A stretch of DNA of 64,000 bases from Octopus sinensis (Eukaryota): positions 33,356,001-33,420,000 of the forward strand of contig NC_043001.1 in NCBI RefSeq assembly GCF_006345805.1, in the 5' to 3' direction. Under the pieces are notes generated by a model. It did no database searches. It was not told the origin of the DNA and saw only the letters and a program-made list of their open reading frames with translations. This document shows, in pieces, positions 24,636 through 37,515 of the stretch. How positions within the stretch are numbered: position 1 is the stretch's first letter; every line of letters begins with the position of its first letter. A program made the position numbers and the translations under genes.

Positions 24636-27444
24636 CTACAGGAAAATAATTAGTAAAATAGAAATAGGATAACGTAAAGTATAATAGCCATCTCAATATG
24701 GCTAACCACAAAGGGTGGGTTACTGTAGGTTTTAGCCCCAGGAGATCATCGTCTCCAGCTGGCTTTAAGCACACTATCTGTGCCCTTATGGTATTTGCAA
24801 AGGGAGGTCATCCCTCTTTCGTAAGCCTAAGTGATACGCACGGACTGCAGTTTCGAGGTAGTTGCCTCTTGTCAACGGGCGGTAATCACCGGTTTACGAT
24901 GAAAAGGAAGACCTGTATGCAAATACTTAAGTGTTTTTCTAGTAACTTCCGTCACTGATTTCGAAAAACTGTCTGAGAGAAATAGGATAAATTATTGAAT
25001 TCACCACATTACTGGAGAATCAGAAGCAACTTCAATACATTTGGTATATGAACTCCTTTCTTCAATAACTTTTTTCTTTTCCTAAATAAATTAAAACAAT
25101 GAGAATGGATGCAAGATTTGTTTACGTATTTAGCCAATAACTTAGCCCCTGATTGTAATTATACACTACTTAACATATCTCTATTTATGTAAATATTTAT
25201 TTGTTTAGATCGCAATAGAAGTGGATATTGATTAAGCACCTATTTGTGAGCTAGCTAAGACGATGAACTGTTAAAAGTAGTTATGATCTCGACACATTCG
25301 CGCATATAGAACTTCATGAAAGCGTTCCAGTTACTATTCTTAACTTCTTTTATATTATTAACATCTAAGAACCATCGAGAAAACCTTGAGACGGTCACTC
25401 GACACGCTAGAAACAGCAGTTAAAACTTCTCCAAATCTCATGCTACGATCTGAAGAGACGCACAGGACAAGGTAGTCCCTCATATACAAGAAAAAAATGG
25501 ATTGCCACAAAGAGTATGCTCAATCAGGTTCGACATGGGCCTGCATAACAGCAAAAACTATTTGATGTTATTTTATGGTCAAGATGTACTATGATAAGGT
25601 ATTAGTATGCCTCTCATCTTGATTTCTGATTGCCTAAATCTTGTGATACATTCAAAACATTGCCTTAAGCTAAAGTTCAATGGGATCTTCAAAAAAAAAA
25701 CAATATTCTTTTATACATATTGGTTTCAAATTTTTGCCAAAAGTTCAGGAGAGAGAGAAAAGTTCATCGACCCCAATGCTCAACTGATACTTATTTTATC
25801 AACCACGAAAAGCAAAGTGGATCTCGATAGAATTTGAACTTAGAACATAAAGATGGACGAAATGCCGCTAAGCATTTTGTCTGGCGTGTTCACACTTTAA
25901 TACATATCGGTTTCAAATTCTGGCACAAGGTCAACGAGTTCAGGAGAAGAGATAAGTCGATTACATCGACCTCAGTATTCAACTGGTATTTATTTTATCA
26001 AAACCCAGAGGAGGAAAAGCAAAGTCGACCGCGATGGGATTTGAACTCAGAACGTAAGGACGGATGAAATGCCGCTAAGCATTTTGCCCGGTGTGCTAAC
26101 GATTCTGCCAGCCCACCGCTTTCACACTTAAATACATTTTGAACGCTAATCTTTTCCGCCTTTTTTTTCTCGTAGCACAACTTGTTAAGGTTATCTCATG
26201 GATTTTCTATAGAAATTATAACCAGCACTAATTTTGTTACGACGTTTCGTATACAAGTACGCCTAATGTAAACAACAATGAGATCGAAGATGAAAAATTG
26301 GTAATAGGTGTATATCCATATTTCAAGAAGTTTTACTCTTTCATCAGCACTCATCCAACCCCATTGCCTATTAACTTTGTAGTATATTATGGTTGCACAA
26401 CGAAATATGGTGTCCCGACAGGTCATTCATATTTACGCAGCACAACTATCCAGATTTCTAACTTTATTCTTTCATTCATTGAACCATTCATTCATTCCTG
26501 ACTTTGACACACCTCTTTTGCATATATAAAGTCTGGACAATATATAATCTTTTTTCTTTTTGTTTTGTTTTATTTTTTAAATCCTAAACGGTCTTATGAA
26601 TTTTCAATATTAATTATCTGACATAACTACGGCTGACTAAATACACAATAGACTATGCAAAAAGGAGATAAGTGGAGAAAAGACCGTAAATATAGAGTTG
26701 ATATGATGAAGCAAGGAAGGTATTCCAACCATGTTTCGTGGTTCGCTACCTCAACAGCTCCTTTATAGGATCCAGTGGTTAAAGACATAATCGGGAGAAA
26801 CCACGTCCGGTTTTGGTCCCTACTCCTGTACCGTTTTCGACATGGCAGGGCCCCCATACTTTCGGAGGTGTCTTCAGCTCTGGTGATGAGTGCGTTTTTT
26901 CTTTCTCCTTTTTTCTTTAGCCTTTTGTTCTTTGGTTTCCTCTATGCAACGTCAACGAATGTCAGAGGGCGAATGACCATCCTTTACATACTCACCGGTA
27001 GGCTCCAGCAGGCACCCCCAGCTGACTGTCATGTGACACTGTCTAAGCTTCGACTGACCAATGGAGGGGAAGGGCGCGAAGTTTTGGCCCGCACCCTCTC
27101 TAAACCTACCTTCCAACAGCGTGTTAGTGTTTTTCAGTTCCAGCAGCCAGAGCCGACTAGCTGTCTGGTGATACAAGCCTTCGAACTATCGAGAAGGAGG
27201 GCGCGCAATGAACGAGAGCGCTCCCTTGGCCCACCTGTCAAGTAGCAATGCTGCATAAGTACAAGCTAACCTCACCTAGCGACGCTATTTCCCAGTCGGC
27301 ATACTATATAGACCCAAATAATTCATATTATATATGAACATTTGATGAACATCCTTTGATGAAAAATATCTCTCTAAGACTAATTAGACGTAACCCGTAA
27401 GATACGTGTGCGACTTGTATATGTTTGTAATAGAGGTGACTTAC

Positions 27445-27535
27445 CATATGGGTCAACAAACTGGAATTCACGCAGCGTTGATAGATTATAGTTGCGCCAT
27501 TGGCATTCTCGAGCTATGAAGCTGACAAATCCTTT
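27445..27535 (-). CDS. SEL1L3: SEL1L3 exon (KGFVSFIARECQWRNYNLSTLREFQFVDPY)
   Basis: ttttcag / GTAAGT, phase 0 to 1, CxWRxYNxS motif. Confidence 0.9.
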
Positions 27536-27621
27536 CTGAAAATATATAAACACTAGACAGTTATAGGGTCACTCTTGTCTAAGTCAATAACGAAATGAGA
27601 AATACGGTGTGTAAAAAGCAT

Positions 27622-27653
<32 letters not shown>

Positions 27654-27670
27654 TTTCTCTCTATTCTCTC

Positions 27671-27770
27671 NNNNNNNNNNNNNNNNNNNNNNNNNNNNNN
27701 NNNNNNNNNNNNNNNNNNNNNNNNNNNNNNNNNNNNNNNNNNNNNNNNNNNNNNNNNNNNNNNNNNNNNN
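27671..27770. other. Assembly gap (100 N) in a SEL1L3 intron
   Basis: Run of exactly 100 N. Confidence 0.99.
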
Positions 27771-27810
27771 TGGGCCATTGCGCCTCCACATAAGCATTTA
27801 TTAACGTTAC

Positions 27811-27900
27811 CTTATTTTCTTCACAAGCCAAGCAACGTTGAAAGTACCGACTTCAATACCAGCTTCAGCTGCCATCATGTAATAAAATATTGCCAATTGT
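27811..27900 (-). CDS. SEL1L3: SEL1L3 exon with apparent 1-bp deletion (QLAIFYYMMAAEAGIEVGTFNVAWL/CEENK)
   Basis: tttcag / GTAACG. The exon is 90 nt, but 91 nt are needed to join the phase-0 next exon; one extra T restores WLCEENK. Confidence 0.88.
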
Positions 27901-28190
27901 CTGAAACATTGAAAATATCCATTAAAAATATCTATCAGTTTTGTATACATACTTGTTCACTATCGCATCCATTACACAGATCTTACACTCTTTTACTTGT
28001 TTCAGTCATTTGACTGCGGCCATGCTGGAGCACCGCCTTTAGTCGAGCAAATCGACCCCGGGACTTATTCTTTGTAAGCCCAGTACTTATTCTATTGGTC
28101 TCTTTTGCCGAACCGCTTAGTGACGGGGACGTAAACACACCAGCATCGGTTGTCAAGGAATGCTAGGGGGGCAAACACACACACACACAA

Positions 28191-28240
<50 letters not shown>

Positions 28241-29326
28241 AATATATATTATATACATATATATAGGACAGGCTTCTTTTAGTTTCCGTCTACCAAATCC
28301 ACTCACAAGGCATTGGTCGGTCCGGGGCTATAGCAGAAGACACTTGCCCAAGAACCCGGAACCATGTGGCTGGTTAGCAAGCTACTTACCACACAGCCAC
28401 TCCTGCGCCTATACTTATACAATAACACGAACAGTGTCATTTCTGTTTTCTCCTCTCTTGTAAACTTATTTTACACTAATGCCATTGTTGTGCTGTTCCC
28501 TCAACATCTTGTCAGAGATACTCGGCCAATAACAAAAACTATTGTTTTGGTAAGTTTATAAACACTTCTTAACTAATCATAGTTTGTATCTATATGCTGT
28601 TTGAATAACTTCCACTTGAAACATTTTAACCTTTTCCTTCCTAGTGGCTGTGTGGTAAGTAGCTTGTTTACCAACCACATGGTTCCGGGTTCAGTCCCAC
28701 TGCGTGGCACCTTGGGCAAGTGTCTTCTACTGTAGCCTCGGGCCGACCAAAGCCTTGTGAGTGGATTTGGTAGACGGAAACTGAAAGAAGCCCGTCTTAT
28801 ATATGTATATATATGTATGTATGTGGTTGTGAGTTTGTGTTGCGTCTGCCCCCTACCATTGCTTGACAACCGATGCTGTGTGTCTATGTCCCCGTCACTT
28901 AGCGGTTCGGCAAAAGACCGATAGAATAAGTACTGGGCTTACAAAGAATAAGTCCCGGGGTCGATTTGCTCGATTAAAGGCGGTGTTCCGCATGGCCGCA
29001 GTCAAATGACTGAAACAAGTAAAAGAGTAAAAGAGTAAAAGAGTAAGAAAGGGTTTTTGTTTTGTTTTTTTTTTTTTTTGTTTTTTTTTTAGCTTTGATC
29101 TGAGTAAAAAAATGTCTGATTTTTTTTCTAATTTTGTAATAATTATTTTTGATAAGTGTGATTGCATGTTGTTTTTAAAATGGGTTAACTTACCTATAGT
29201 TATTTTTTTACTGAGACGAAAGACTGCGCTAAATTTTCTATTTTTTAAACTCTGTAAGAGTCATTATATCCACAAGTAAGATATTTTCTCGTTGAATGCA
29301 ATCGATATTTCAGATTTTATTAATTA

Positions 29327-29891
29327 TTGGGTTGTCCGGAAAGTTCGTGCCGATTTATAGCAGCTTACATTTTGACTTATTTTAGAACATGGTTGAGTCT
29401 ATAAAATAGGATTTGACTACACCTCCATTTAGAGGACAGTTTAAGCTATCTTTCTGTGGAAGAAAGTTTATGTTCCTATAACCTGTATTAAATCTGTAAC
29501 CCTTTAAAATGGAAGATAAGAAAGTTCATTTTCGGCACTTGATACTTTGGGAACCAGACAAAATTGCTGCAGCTCGGCTGGGATGTGTTACCCCACCCTC
29601 CATATTCACCAGATATTGCTCCATCGGATTTCCACTTATTCAGGTCTCTGCAGAATAGTCTTAATGGTAAAAATTTTAATTCTTTGGATGACGTAAGAAG
29701 ATACCTTAATGAATTCTTTGCCATGAAACCACCTATATTCTGGGAAGAGGGTATTTTCAAGTTAAGAGAAAGATGGAGACGCATTGTGCAACAAATTGGT
29801 TCATATCTGGTTGATTAAAAATGTAATGGCAAGTGTTTATTGACCTTTTTCTTTCCTTTAAAAATCGACAGGAACTTTCCGGACAACCCAA
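29327..29891 (+). mobile_element. Internally deleted mariner element with intact TIRs
   Basis: TA|TTGGGTTGTCCGGAAAGTTC...GAACTTTCCGGACAACCCAA|TA. The N-terminus MEDKKVHFRHLILWE (ATG 29509) is joined to LQLGWDVLPHPPYSPDIAPSDFHLF. Confidence 0.93.
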
Positions 29892-30159
29892 TATTATCTG
29901 AAGGGCTTCCCCTATCATAAAGTATGTACTTCTATGTATGATATTGCACATCCATTTTCTATCTTCTCAGAATGTATTTAGCAGAAAACTAACTACTTGC
30001 TCGTTCAATTTTCGTTTCTCCGAAAATATTCCACCTAAATCCATTACACTCCACCTCTAATCAGATCTATTCTCACTTTTATGTGATTATATTGTTTTCC
30101 TTTCTCGACATAAAGCTCAGGAATCTATGGCATTAAAAGCGTTTTTTTTTATATGTATA

Positions 30160-30522
30160 CTAGCACTATGATCCGGCAACGCTGGATCATAGTGCTAGTG
30201 CATGCATATACAGCTGCGTGTGTGCGTACATACACACGAGTACTGTCCAAATCTCCGACCAATCACATACAACTAGCTGGCATTCAATTGGCGTATCAAG
30301 TTTCGGGCATTTTGATTGGGCTTTGGATAGAAAATTCACAAAAAGGTCACTTCTATTGATTTTTTAATGGCTTTGCGGGGTGACTGGGGAAATGTAAAGA
30401 TGTGTACGATCACCTTTGGGCGGTTTAAATGACCATAGAAAGTGCGAGCTCTCTAACTGAAAAATTGTGGATTTGTATAAAGGACACACACACAGACATT
30501 TTGCCGTTTATATATAGAGAGA
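30160..30522 (-). mobile_element. Non-autonomous Helitron, family 1
   Basis: Reverse-complement copy of 3588-3952 with A|TC...CTAG|T ends. Confidence 0.75.
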
Positions 30523-30933
30523 TTAAAAATCACTCTAATCCTAATCATCATTTTCATAAGCTGTATTGTAACTATATTAATCTCACACATCTTTCATTAT
30601 TCATAGTCCAAGAGGACAACCACAGACAGTGACCAATGGCTTTCTCCTGCATATAAAAATTGTGTAATTACTAGTATAATAACATCGTACTTTGAAGCTA
30701 TTAGAAGGTTTAAATTTCTAAGTAAATCTTTCGCTATTACAAGACATTTAATTTTGTCTCCATTTAATAAATTTACAAACAGTAGCATTTTGCATTGCCT
30801 GAGTTTCTAGGAGCTATTCAAAAATTTTAAATAGCTTACAACCGTTTTCTTCAAAAGATGCTCCCCTATGCAAAACTTAGCATACAGTTGTGGCCAAACA
30901 AGGAACTATATCTATAATATATAATATAATATA

Positions 30934-30964
<31 letters not shown>

Positions 30965-32084
30965 ATTAATATTAGGGAGTATAACTCCAAACTTACAGAG
31001 AAAAATTCAATTTAGTATTAAATCAAATTTCACAGTATAAATATATAAAATATAAAATAGGAATTGTTAGAATGGTTGTATACTGTCAATTTAACGTGAC
31101 AGTAGGGGATTACACCACCGCTGTTTAGCCCTAGGAAGCATCGACGCCTCCTGATGGCTTCGACACATTTTTTCCTGTGTCCTTATATATTTACGAAGGG
31201 GAGACAAACACCCCCAGCAGCCAGGCCTGCATCTAGAGACACGCATGTTTCAGGATCTTTGTCCATCATCGGTCTAGAATAGCAGAAGCCCGCCAGCTGC
31301 AGATATCTGTCCCGAAATATGAATTAGTTGAAATATGAATCTGTCCAAAATATGAATTAGTTGCATAATAGTCATTTTATCTCTAATTCATATTTTATTA
31401 TATATATATATATATATATATATAGATATATATATATATATATATATATAACAACAAATTGAGGAACGGCTATAATAGGCCGTTCGACCCACTAGAAAAA
31501 GCAGCCAGGGCTCCAACCGCAAATAGTAGTAATTCCGGAATCAGATGAAAAATTGATTTTCTATATATATATATATATTATTATATATATACATTCATTT
31601 TTATATATTGCGTAGATTAGCTCAACAGACGCAACTTATAAGATGGTTTCTTTTTAGTTAAGGGAGAAAGGGCAAGGCCTATGACATTTACAGGCTCTCT
31701 CAAGCACGAGATTGATGTGATCGATTACCAGCCTGAATATCTCCAGAAAAAATGCGAACGATAGTGAAACCAGAGATTTTTTTTCAACGCAAGGAGAGTG
31801 TGAAATCTGTTAACAGCGACAGGATTAAGTGGTGCAGTTAAAACTGAGCAGCTCTTTCGGTCTACAACTGCCAAAGCTAAAAATCTAATTCAACGTAAAA
31901 ATTTTTCGTACCCATACACAATTTACCTTCGGATGCTTATTATATACATGCTAAATTCCAACTAATATCTACATGAAATGTATTCAATATCAATTTTGCG
32001 TGATGAAATATTTCTTATTTATCTATCTTCAAAATGGAATCGGAAATAATTATTAAAACATATATAGTAGAAAAATATACTTAC

Positions 32085-32168
32085 TCGTCTTTGTCCCTAA
32101 AAGCATGTAATCCTTTCCTCAGCATATATCCTAGCGAAGGATTTTTTTCAGCTATAAATCTCGCCCAT
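32085..32168 (-). CDS. SEL1L3: SEL1L3 exon (WARFIAEKNPSLGYMLRKGLHAFRDKD)
   Basis: tttctag / GTAAGT, phase 2 to 2, AEKN..LG...RKGL motif. Confidence 0.92.
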
Positions 32169-32243
32169 CTAGAAATAAAAGAGAAAAAAACTTGTGATTT
32201 AACCACGGTACCTACTTGAGGTAAATAAAACTAAATATAAGTT

Positions 32244-32668
<425 letters not shown>

Positions 32669-32673
32669 CTTAC

Positions 32674-32798
32674 TCTGTAGCAAGCGTTTCATTGATTGGC
32701 AACGTACTGGTTCCACGTATACTCTGATAAGCTACCATTACTCCAGCTTCCAGCTGTCCCTTAAGAGCGGCCCAGACGAAAAATTCGTAAGCTTTATC
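32674..32798 (-). CDS. SEL1L3: SEL1L3 exon (DKAYEFFVWAALKGQLEAGVMVAYQSIRGTSTLPINETLAT)
   Basis: aacag / GTAAGA, phase 0 to 2. Confidence 0.9.
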
Positions 32799-33383
32799 CT
32801 GTTAATAGGGATAAAAAAAATAGTTCATGACTCAAATATTACGTTACAATTTTAGACACAAATTAAGGGATTAATTATTAAAGTGAAAACGAAATTTGTC
32901 TCGTTCACAATTAGGAATATATTTTTGTTGTGTCGGTTTAAATCAGTACAGATCAAACAAACATTTAATCCAAAGCGCACGTGCTATGACCATTTAATCT
33001 ATTCTTTCTCTCTTCATATTTTTTCTACTGACAGTGTATTTAGGATTATATTATCGAATGCATTCCATTTCCTTAAGACAGTACAGTGTGATTTAAAGGA
33101 GATTTGGCGACTACTTCTAGCAGTTAAAGTAAACACATAGAAGTAGCTTTAATATCTAATTAAGTATAATTTACTTCCATTCGGTTCCGTGTTAACGTAA
33201 CTCTAAAATCGAACAAATATTTCAAGTGGTAAGAATATACAAAAATGTTGAACTTGTATCAGAAAAAGATTTCCAATATAAGGCGTAACTTACAGCAGCA
33301 GAATCGATTAGGGCCGAGTCAATGTTGAATCAAACTACCACCTCTTTAGTCGAAATCCAATGATGGCGTTATATATATATATA

Positions 33384-36235
33384 TCTCCCCGGCTGAGCTC
33401 TCGGCTCTTCGTTCCCTCGCGCTGACATTGTCATCAACCGGCTGACAAGGGTGGAGCTGTGGTGGTGTGAGGCGCGGACCTCTACAGGGCCGAGGCGCTC
33501 CGCCAACTCAATGACACCTCCTTCTACTCCCCTCTGTCCTCTGACCCCACGCTTAGCTACCAACAGACGGTATCCTCTACTGTCCACGACCTCATCTCGT
33601 CCTCCCGTCTCCCCCACACCGCATCCAACCTCATTGTCCGAACCCCACGCACCCCCACCATTTACTTCCTCCCCAAAATCCACAAACCCAACAACCCTGG
33701 CCGCCCCATCGTCTCCGCCTGTAACCGCCCCACGGAGCTCATCTCAAAATACCTCGACCGTGTCCTTGCCCCCCCCCCCTAGTGGCGTCTCTTCCCTCCC
33801 ACATCCATGACACCAACCATGCTCTCCGACTTTTCAACTCTTTCTCCTTTCCTCCCGGCTCCTCCAAAATCCTTTTTACAATGGACATCCAGAGCCTCTA
33901 TATCGTCATCCCTCACCACGAAGGACTGCGGGCACTTCAACACTTTCTTGACCTCCGCCCCAACCCCGAACCCGACACCTCCACACTCATTCGTCTGGCC
34001 GAACTTGTCCTTTCTCTTAACTGCTTCTAGTTCGCGGGCGAGTTCTACCAACAGGTCTCGGGAGTGGCCATGGGAACGCGAATGGGCCCCAACTATGCGA
34101 ACCTGTTCGTTGGCTATGTTGAGGCCCAAATATTCTCTAGTTTCACTGGTCCCACTCCCAAACTATACGGTCGTTACATTGACAACATTATCGGTGCCAC
34201 CTCACTCTCACGTGAACATCTAGATTCCTTCCTCTCTTTCGTTCAATCCTTCCATCCTGCCCTCCACTTCACCTCCACTATCTCCAACACCTCTGTCTCT
34301 TTCCTCGACATTTCGGTCAGCATTCATCACTCCACTCTTATCATCTCCATTCACTACAAACACACAGACTCACACTCATACCTAAACTTCTCTTCCTCCC
34401 ACCCCAAACACACCAAGCTTTCCATCCCCTATTCCTCCGTCTACGTAGGCTCTGTAGTGACGACCATGACTTTGAGACTCAGTCTCAACTCATGGCTCGC
34501 CACTTCATCCTACGTGGATACCCCCTCACCACTATCCACACCGCCCTTGCCAGAGCACGTTCCGTAGACCGTGCATCTGCTCTCTTCCTCCGAACCCGCC
34601 CTGCAGTCTCCCACCTCCCTTTTCCCCTCACTTACCACCCCACCCACCCTACCTCTCCAACGCACCATTCTTCGAGCTTTCCAGCATCTCCAGTCCGACC
34701 CGTCCACTTCACACCTCTTCCCTAACCGACCCCTCTCCTCCTTCAAACGAGCCCATAACCTATGAGACCCCTTGGTCCACAGCTTCTTCCCTGACCCTAC
34801 CTCCCAACCTGGCTCGTTCCCCTGCTCCCGCCCACGTTGCCGCACTTGCCCTTACCTCTCCAACACCACCTCCTCACCGGCACCCATCATCGACCCTATC
34901 GCATCATCGACTCGTTCACCTGTACCTCCAGCAATATCATCTATTGCATCTCCTGCTCTCTCTGCCATTCCCTGTACATCGGACAAACGGGACGCCACTT
35001 GGCTGATCGGTTCGCGGAACACCTCCGAGACATCTGCCTTGCCAATGACACACCGGTCTCACGCCATTTCCGCAACACCTGTCTGTGTTCGGATTGTCCT
35101 TGCACAGAAGCCATCTGGATTCCCGCTTGCGCCGTGAACAGGGATTAATCTTCTCTCTTCGCTCTTTTACGCCATTTGGTCTCAACTCTCCGCCCCCCTT
35201 TTCATCTAACCTCCCCCGACTCCTACTTCTCTTCAGTCCTTCATCTTTTTTACCCCTACTCTCTTACCCTCCTCTTCCCTTCTTCCCTCCTCTTCTTTCT
35301 TCTTTCCTCTTCCCCTTCTTCCTTCTTCCTTCTCCTCCCTTTTCTTCTTTCTGCTTTCTTCTTCCTTCTTCCCCTTCTCTCTTTCTCTCTGCTCCCTCAC
35401 TCTCCTTCTCTCCCCTCCCCTCCTCCTCTCTCCCTCCTTCTCCTCCTCTCCCCTCCTTCTCCTCCTCTCCCCCTCCTTCTCCTCCTCTCCTTCCTTCTCC
35501 TCCTCTCCTTTCTTCTCCTCTCCCTCCTCCTCCTCCACTCTCCCCTCATCTCCTCTCTCCCTCCTTCCTTCCTGTCTCTTCTCTACCCCAACCCCCAGCC
35601 GAACCCACACCCCACATGGGCTTTCCTCACTCTCGCCCCCCACCTCCCCACAACATCACACCACACTACACTAAACCATACGACATTACACATCACATCA
35701 CAACACACCACCCACATTACACATCATATCACAACACATCACCCACAGCACACCGCCCACATACCCTTCCTCACATCTTTACACTACACATACATACAAT
35801 ATCATATCACAACACACCACCCACACACTCATCCCCATATCTCCACACCCACACATACATACACACGTCCAGACCACCAGCCCTCTTTCACACGCACATA
35901 CATACTCTTTTATACACACACGCACCTTTATGTTGGGGCGAAGTCACTTGACCCTGTTATCTCCCCTAGCGTCTAACGTCTGACCTCTGACCTCTGCCTG
36001 AAATCAGAACGCCATGATGGACCGGAAGCACCTACACGCATTTTTTTCCTTCCTTGTTTCTTTTCTGTGTATCTTTCTGTCGAAGAGCGTAGGCTCGAAA
36101 CGTAAAAGACTTGTTTTATTTCTATTCCTGAGCGCCATACAAATACAATTGTTTTTTTGTACTCCACCTGCCTTCGTCTTTTGTTTATTTTCGTAAACCT
36201 GCCTTCGTCTTTTGTTTATTTCGTAAACCTTCCTT
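33384..36235 (+). mobile_element. 5'-truncated, frameshifted Penelope-like retroelement (probably Neptune-type): RT + GIY-YIG endonuclease + hammerhead-bearing 3' repeat
   Basis: Motifs PADKGGAVVV, FTMDIQSLY, GVAMGTRMGPNYANLF, YIDN (YIDD altered), CxxxxCxxC linker and IYCISCSLCHSLYIGQTGRHLADRFAEH. Antisense to the host gene; starts after a (TA)n run. Confidence 0.9.
36072..36109 (+). ncRNA. Minimal type I hammerhead-like motif with A6U core, at the 3' end of the Penelope-like element
   Basis: tcttt-CTGTCGA-a-gagc(gtag)gctc-GAAA-cg-TA-aaaga: 5-bp stem I, 4-bp stem II, palindromic ACGT stem III. Confidence 0.65.
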
Positions 36236-36722
36236 ATTATGTTGTTCCTAGACTAGGAAATAATATTCATTATTAATATTTTAATGGATTTAATGAAAAC
36301 TTTTGGGCGTTCATATATATATATATTTTTAAAATCCGCGAAGTTGTGAATCCGCGATAGTTGAACCGCGAAGTAGTGAGGGATCACTGTTCAACGTTAA
36401 AAGCAATTCGGTTATTAATAAACATTTACATTTCACAAGTTCTGAAAGGTGACTGAAGAGATGAGAAACAGAGGCGGTTAGTATCGAGAGGAAATGTCAT
36501 GCCAACTTGTGGTTTCATAGTGATTAACATAAAGTAAGACTGGACCTTGTAACCACTAGAAAGTTTATTAAGCATGGCGACATACATAAAAACTGTACTG
36601 CAAACTGTCTAAACTATGTTAGCAACGAAAGGAAAAAAATTAAACGGATTTTTCACTATCGACCAGTATGATTTGTTGAACATTCTATTGAGACTACTGT
36701 ATAAATGAAAAGAAATACTTAC

Positions 36723-36896
36723 AACATTAGCTTCTTGGCCCGGGAAAATGCCGGAAAAATACATGTGACCTAAGTGATAAGAGGCATCAGCGTTTCCCAT
36801 TATATGAGATTTTTCGAAGTATTCAGCAGCCAGTTTGTAATTCTTCTGTTTCGCGAGTGCATACCATCCTAATGCATTCAAGGCTTGAGGATTTTT
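36723..36896 (-). CDS. SEL1L3: SEL1L3 exon (KNPQALNALGWYALAKQKNYKLAAEYFEKSHIMGNADASYHLGHMYFSGIFPGQEANV)
   Basis: ttttcag / GTAAGT, phase 0 to 0, Sel1 repeats. Confidence 0.93.
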
Positions 36897-37011
36897 CTGA
36901 AAAGGAACAACGACATCAACAAAGACACATTAACTTTTATTGGTTTATCTGGGTGTAAAGCATATGTTTTGGTCGGAAGATTGTTTGGATTTAAGATCCA
37001 AGTTCATATAC

Positions 37012-37081
<70 letters not shown>

Positions 37082-37408
37082 TTGTGTGTCTGTGTTCGTC
37101 CCCCCCCCTACATCGCTTGACAACCGATGGTGGTGTGTTTACGTCCCCATAACTTAGCGGTTCGGCAAAAAGAGACCGATATAATAAGTACTAGGCTTAC
37201 AAAGAATAAGTCCTGGGGTCGATTTGCTCGACTAAAAGCGGTGCTCCAGCATGGCCGCAGTCAAATGACTGAAACAAGTGAAAGAGTAAAGAATGACATA
37301 CTCAATACTGTTCTTGTTAATGAATAATAAATTTGTACTCTACCAAATGTATTGAGTATTCCTTCAAGTTAATGTATAATTGTTTTTGTTAAAACATAAA
37401 AACAATTA

Positions 37409-37440
<32 letters not shown>

Positions 37441-37452
37441 TAAACTTTTTAC

Positions 37453-37515
37453 CTTTTCGGCTGCTCTTTTAATTTGTTCCAAGCCTTTTTCTTCATCTTT
37501 CTTTGTTCCTTGGCC
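37453..37515 (-). CDS. SEL1L3: SEL1L3 exon (GQGTKKDEEKGLEQIKRAAEK)
   Basis: ttttcag / GTAAAA, phase 0 to 0. Confidence 0.92.

Noticed and set aside
26196-26426. Minus-strand ORF as an extra SEL1L3 exon
   Set aside because: Exons 27445-27535 and 24529-24635 join in phase and match the expected protein without it.
35085-35976. Longest ORFs in the track (288 and 266 aa)
   Set aside because: Translations of CT-rich and CA-rich low-complexity sequence in the Penelope-like 3' region.
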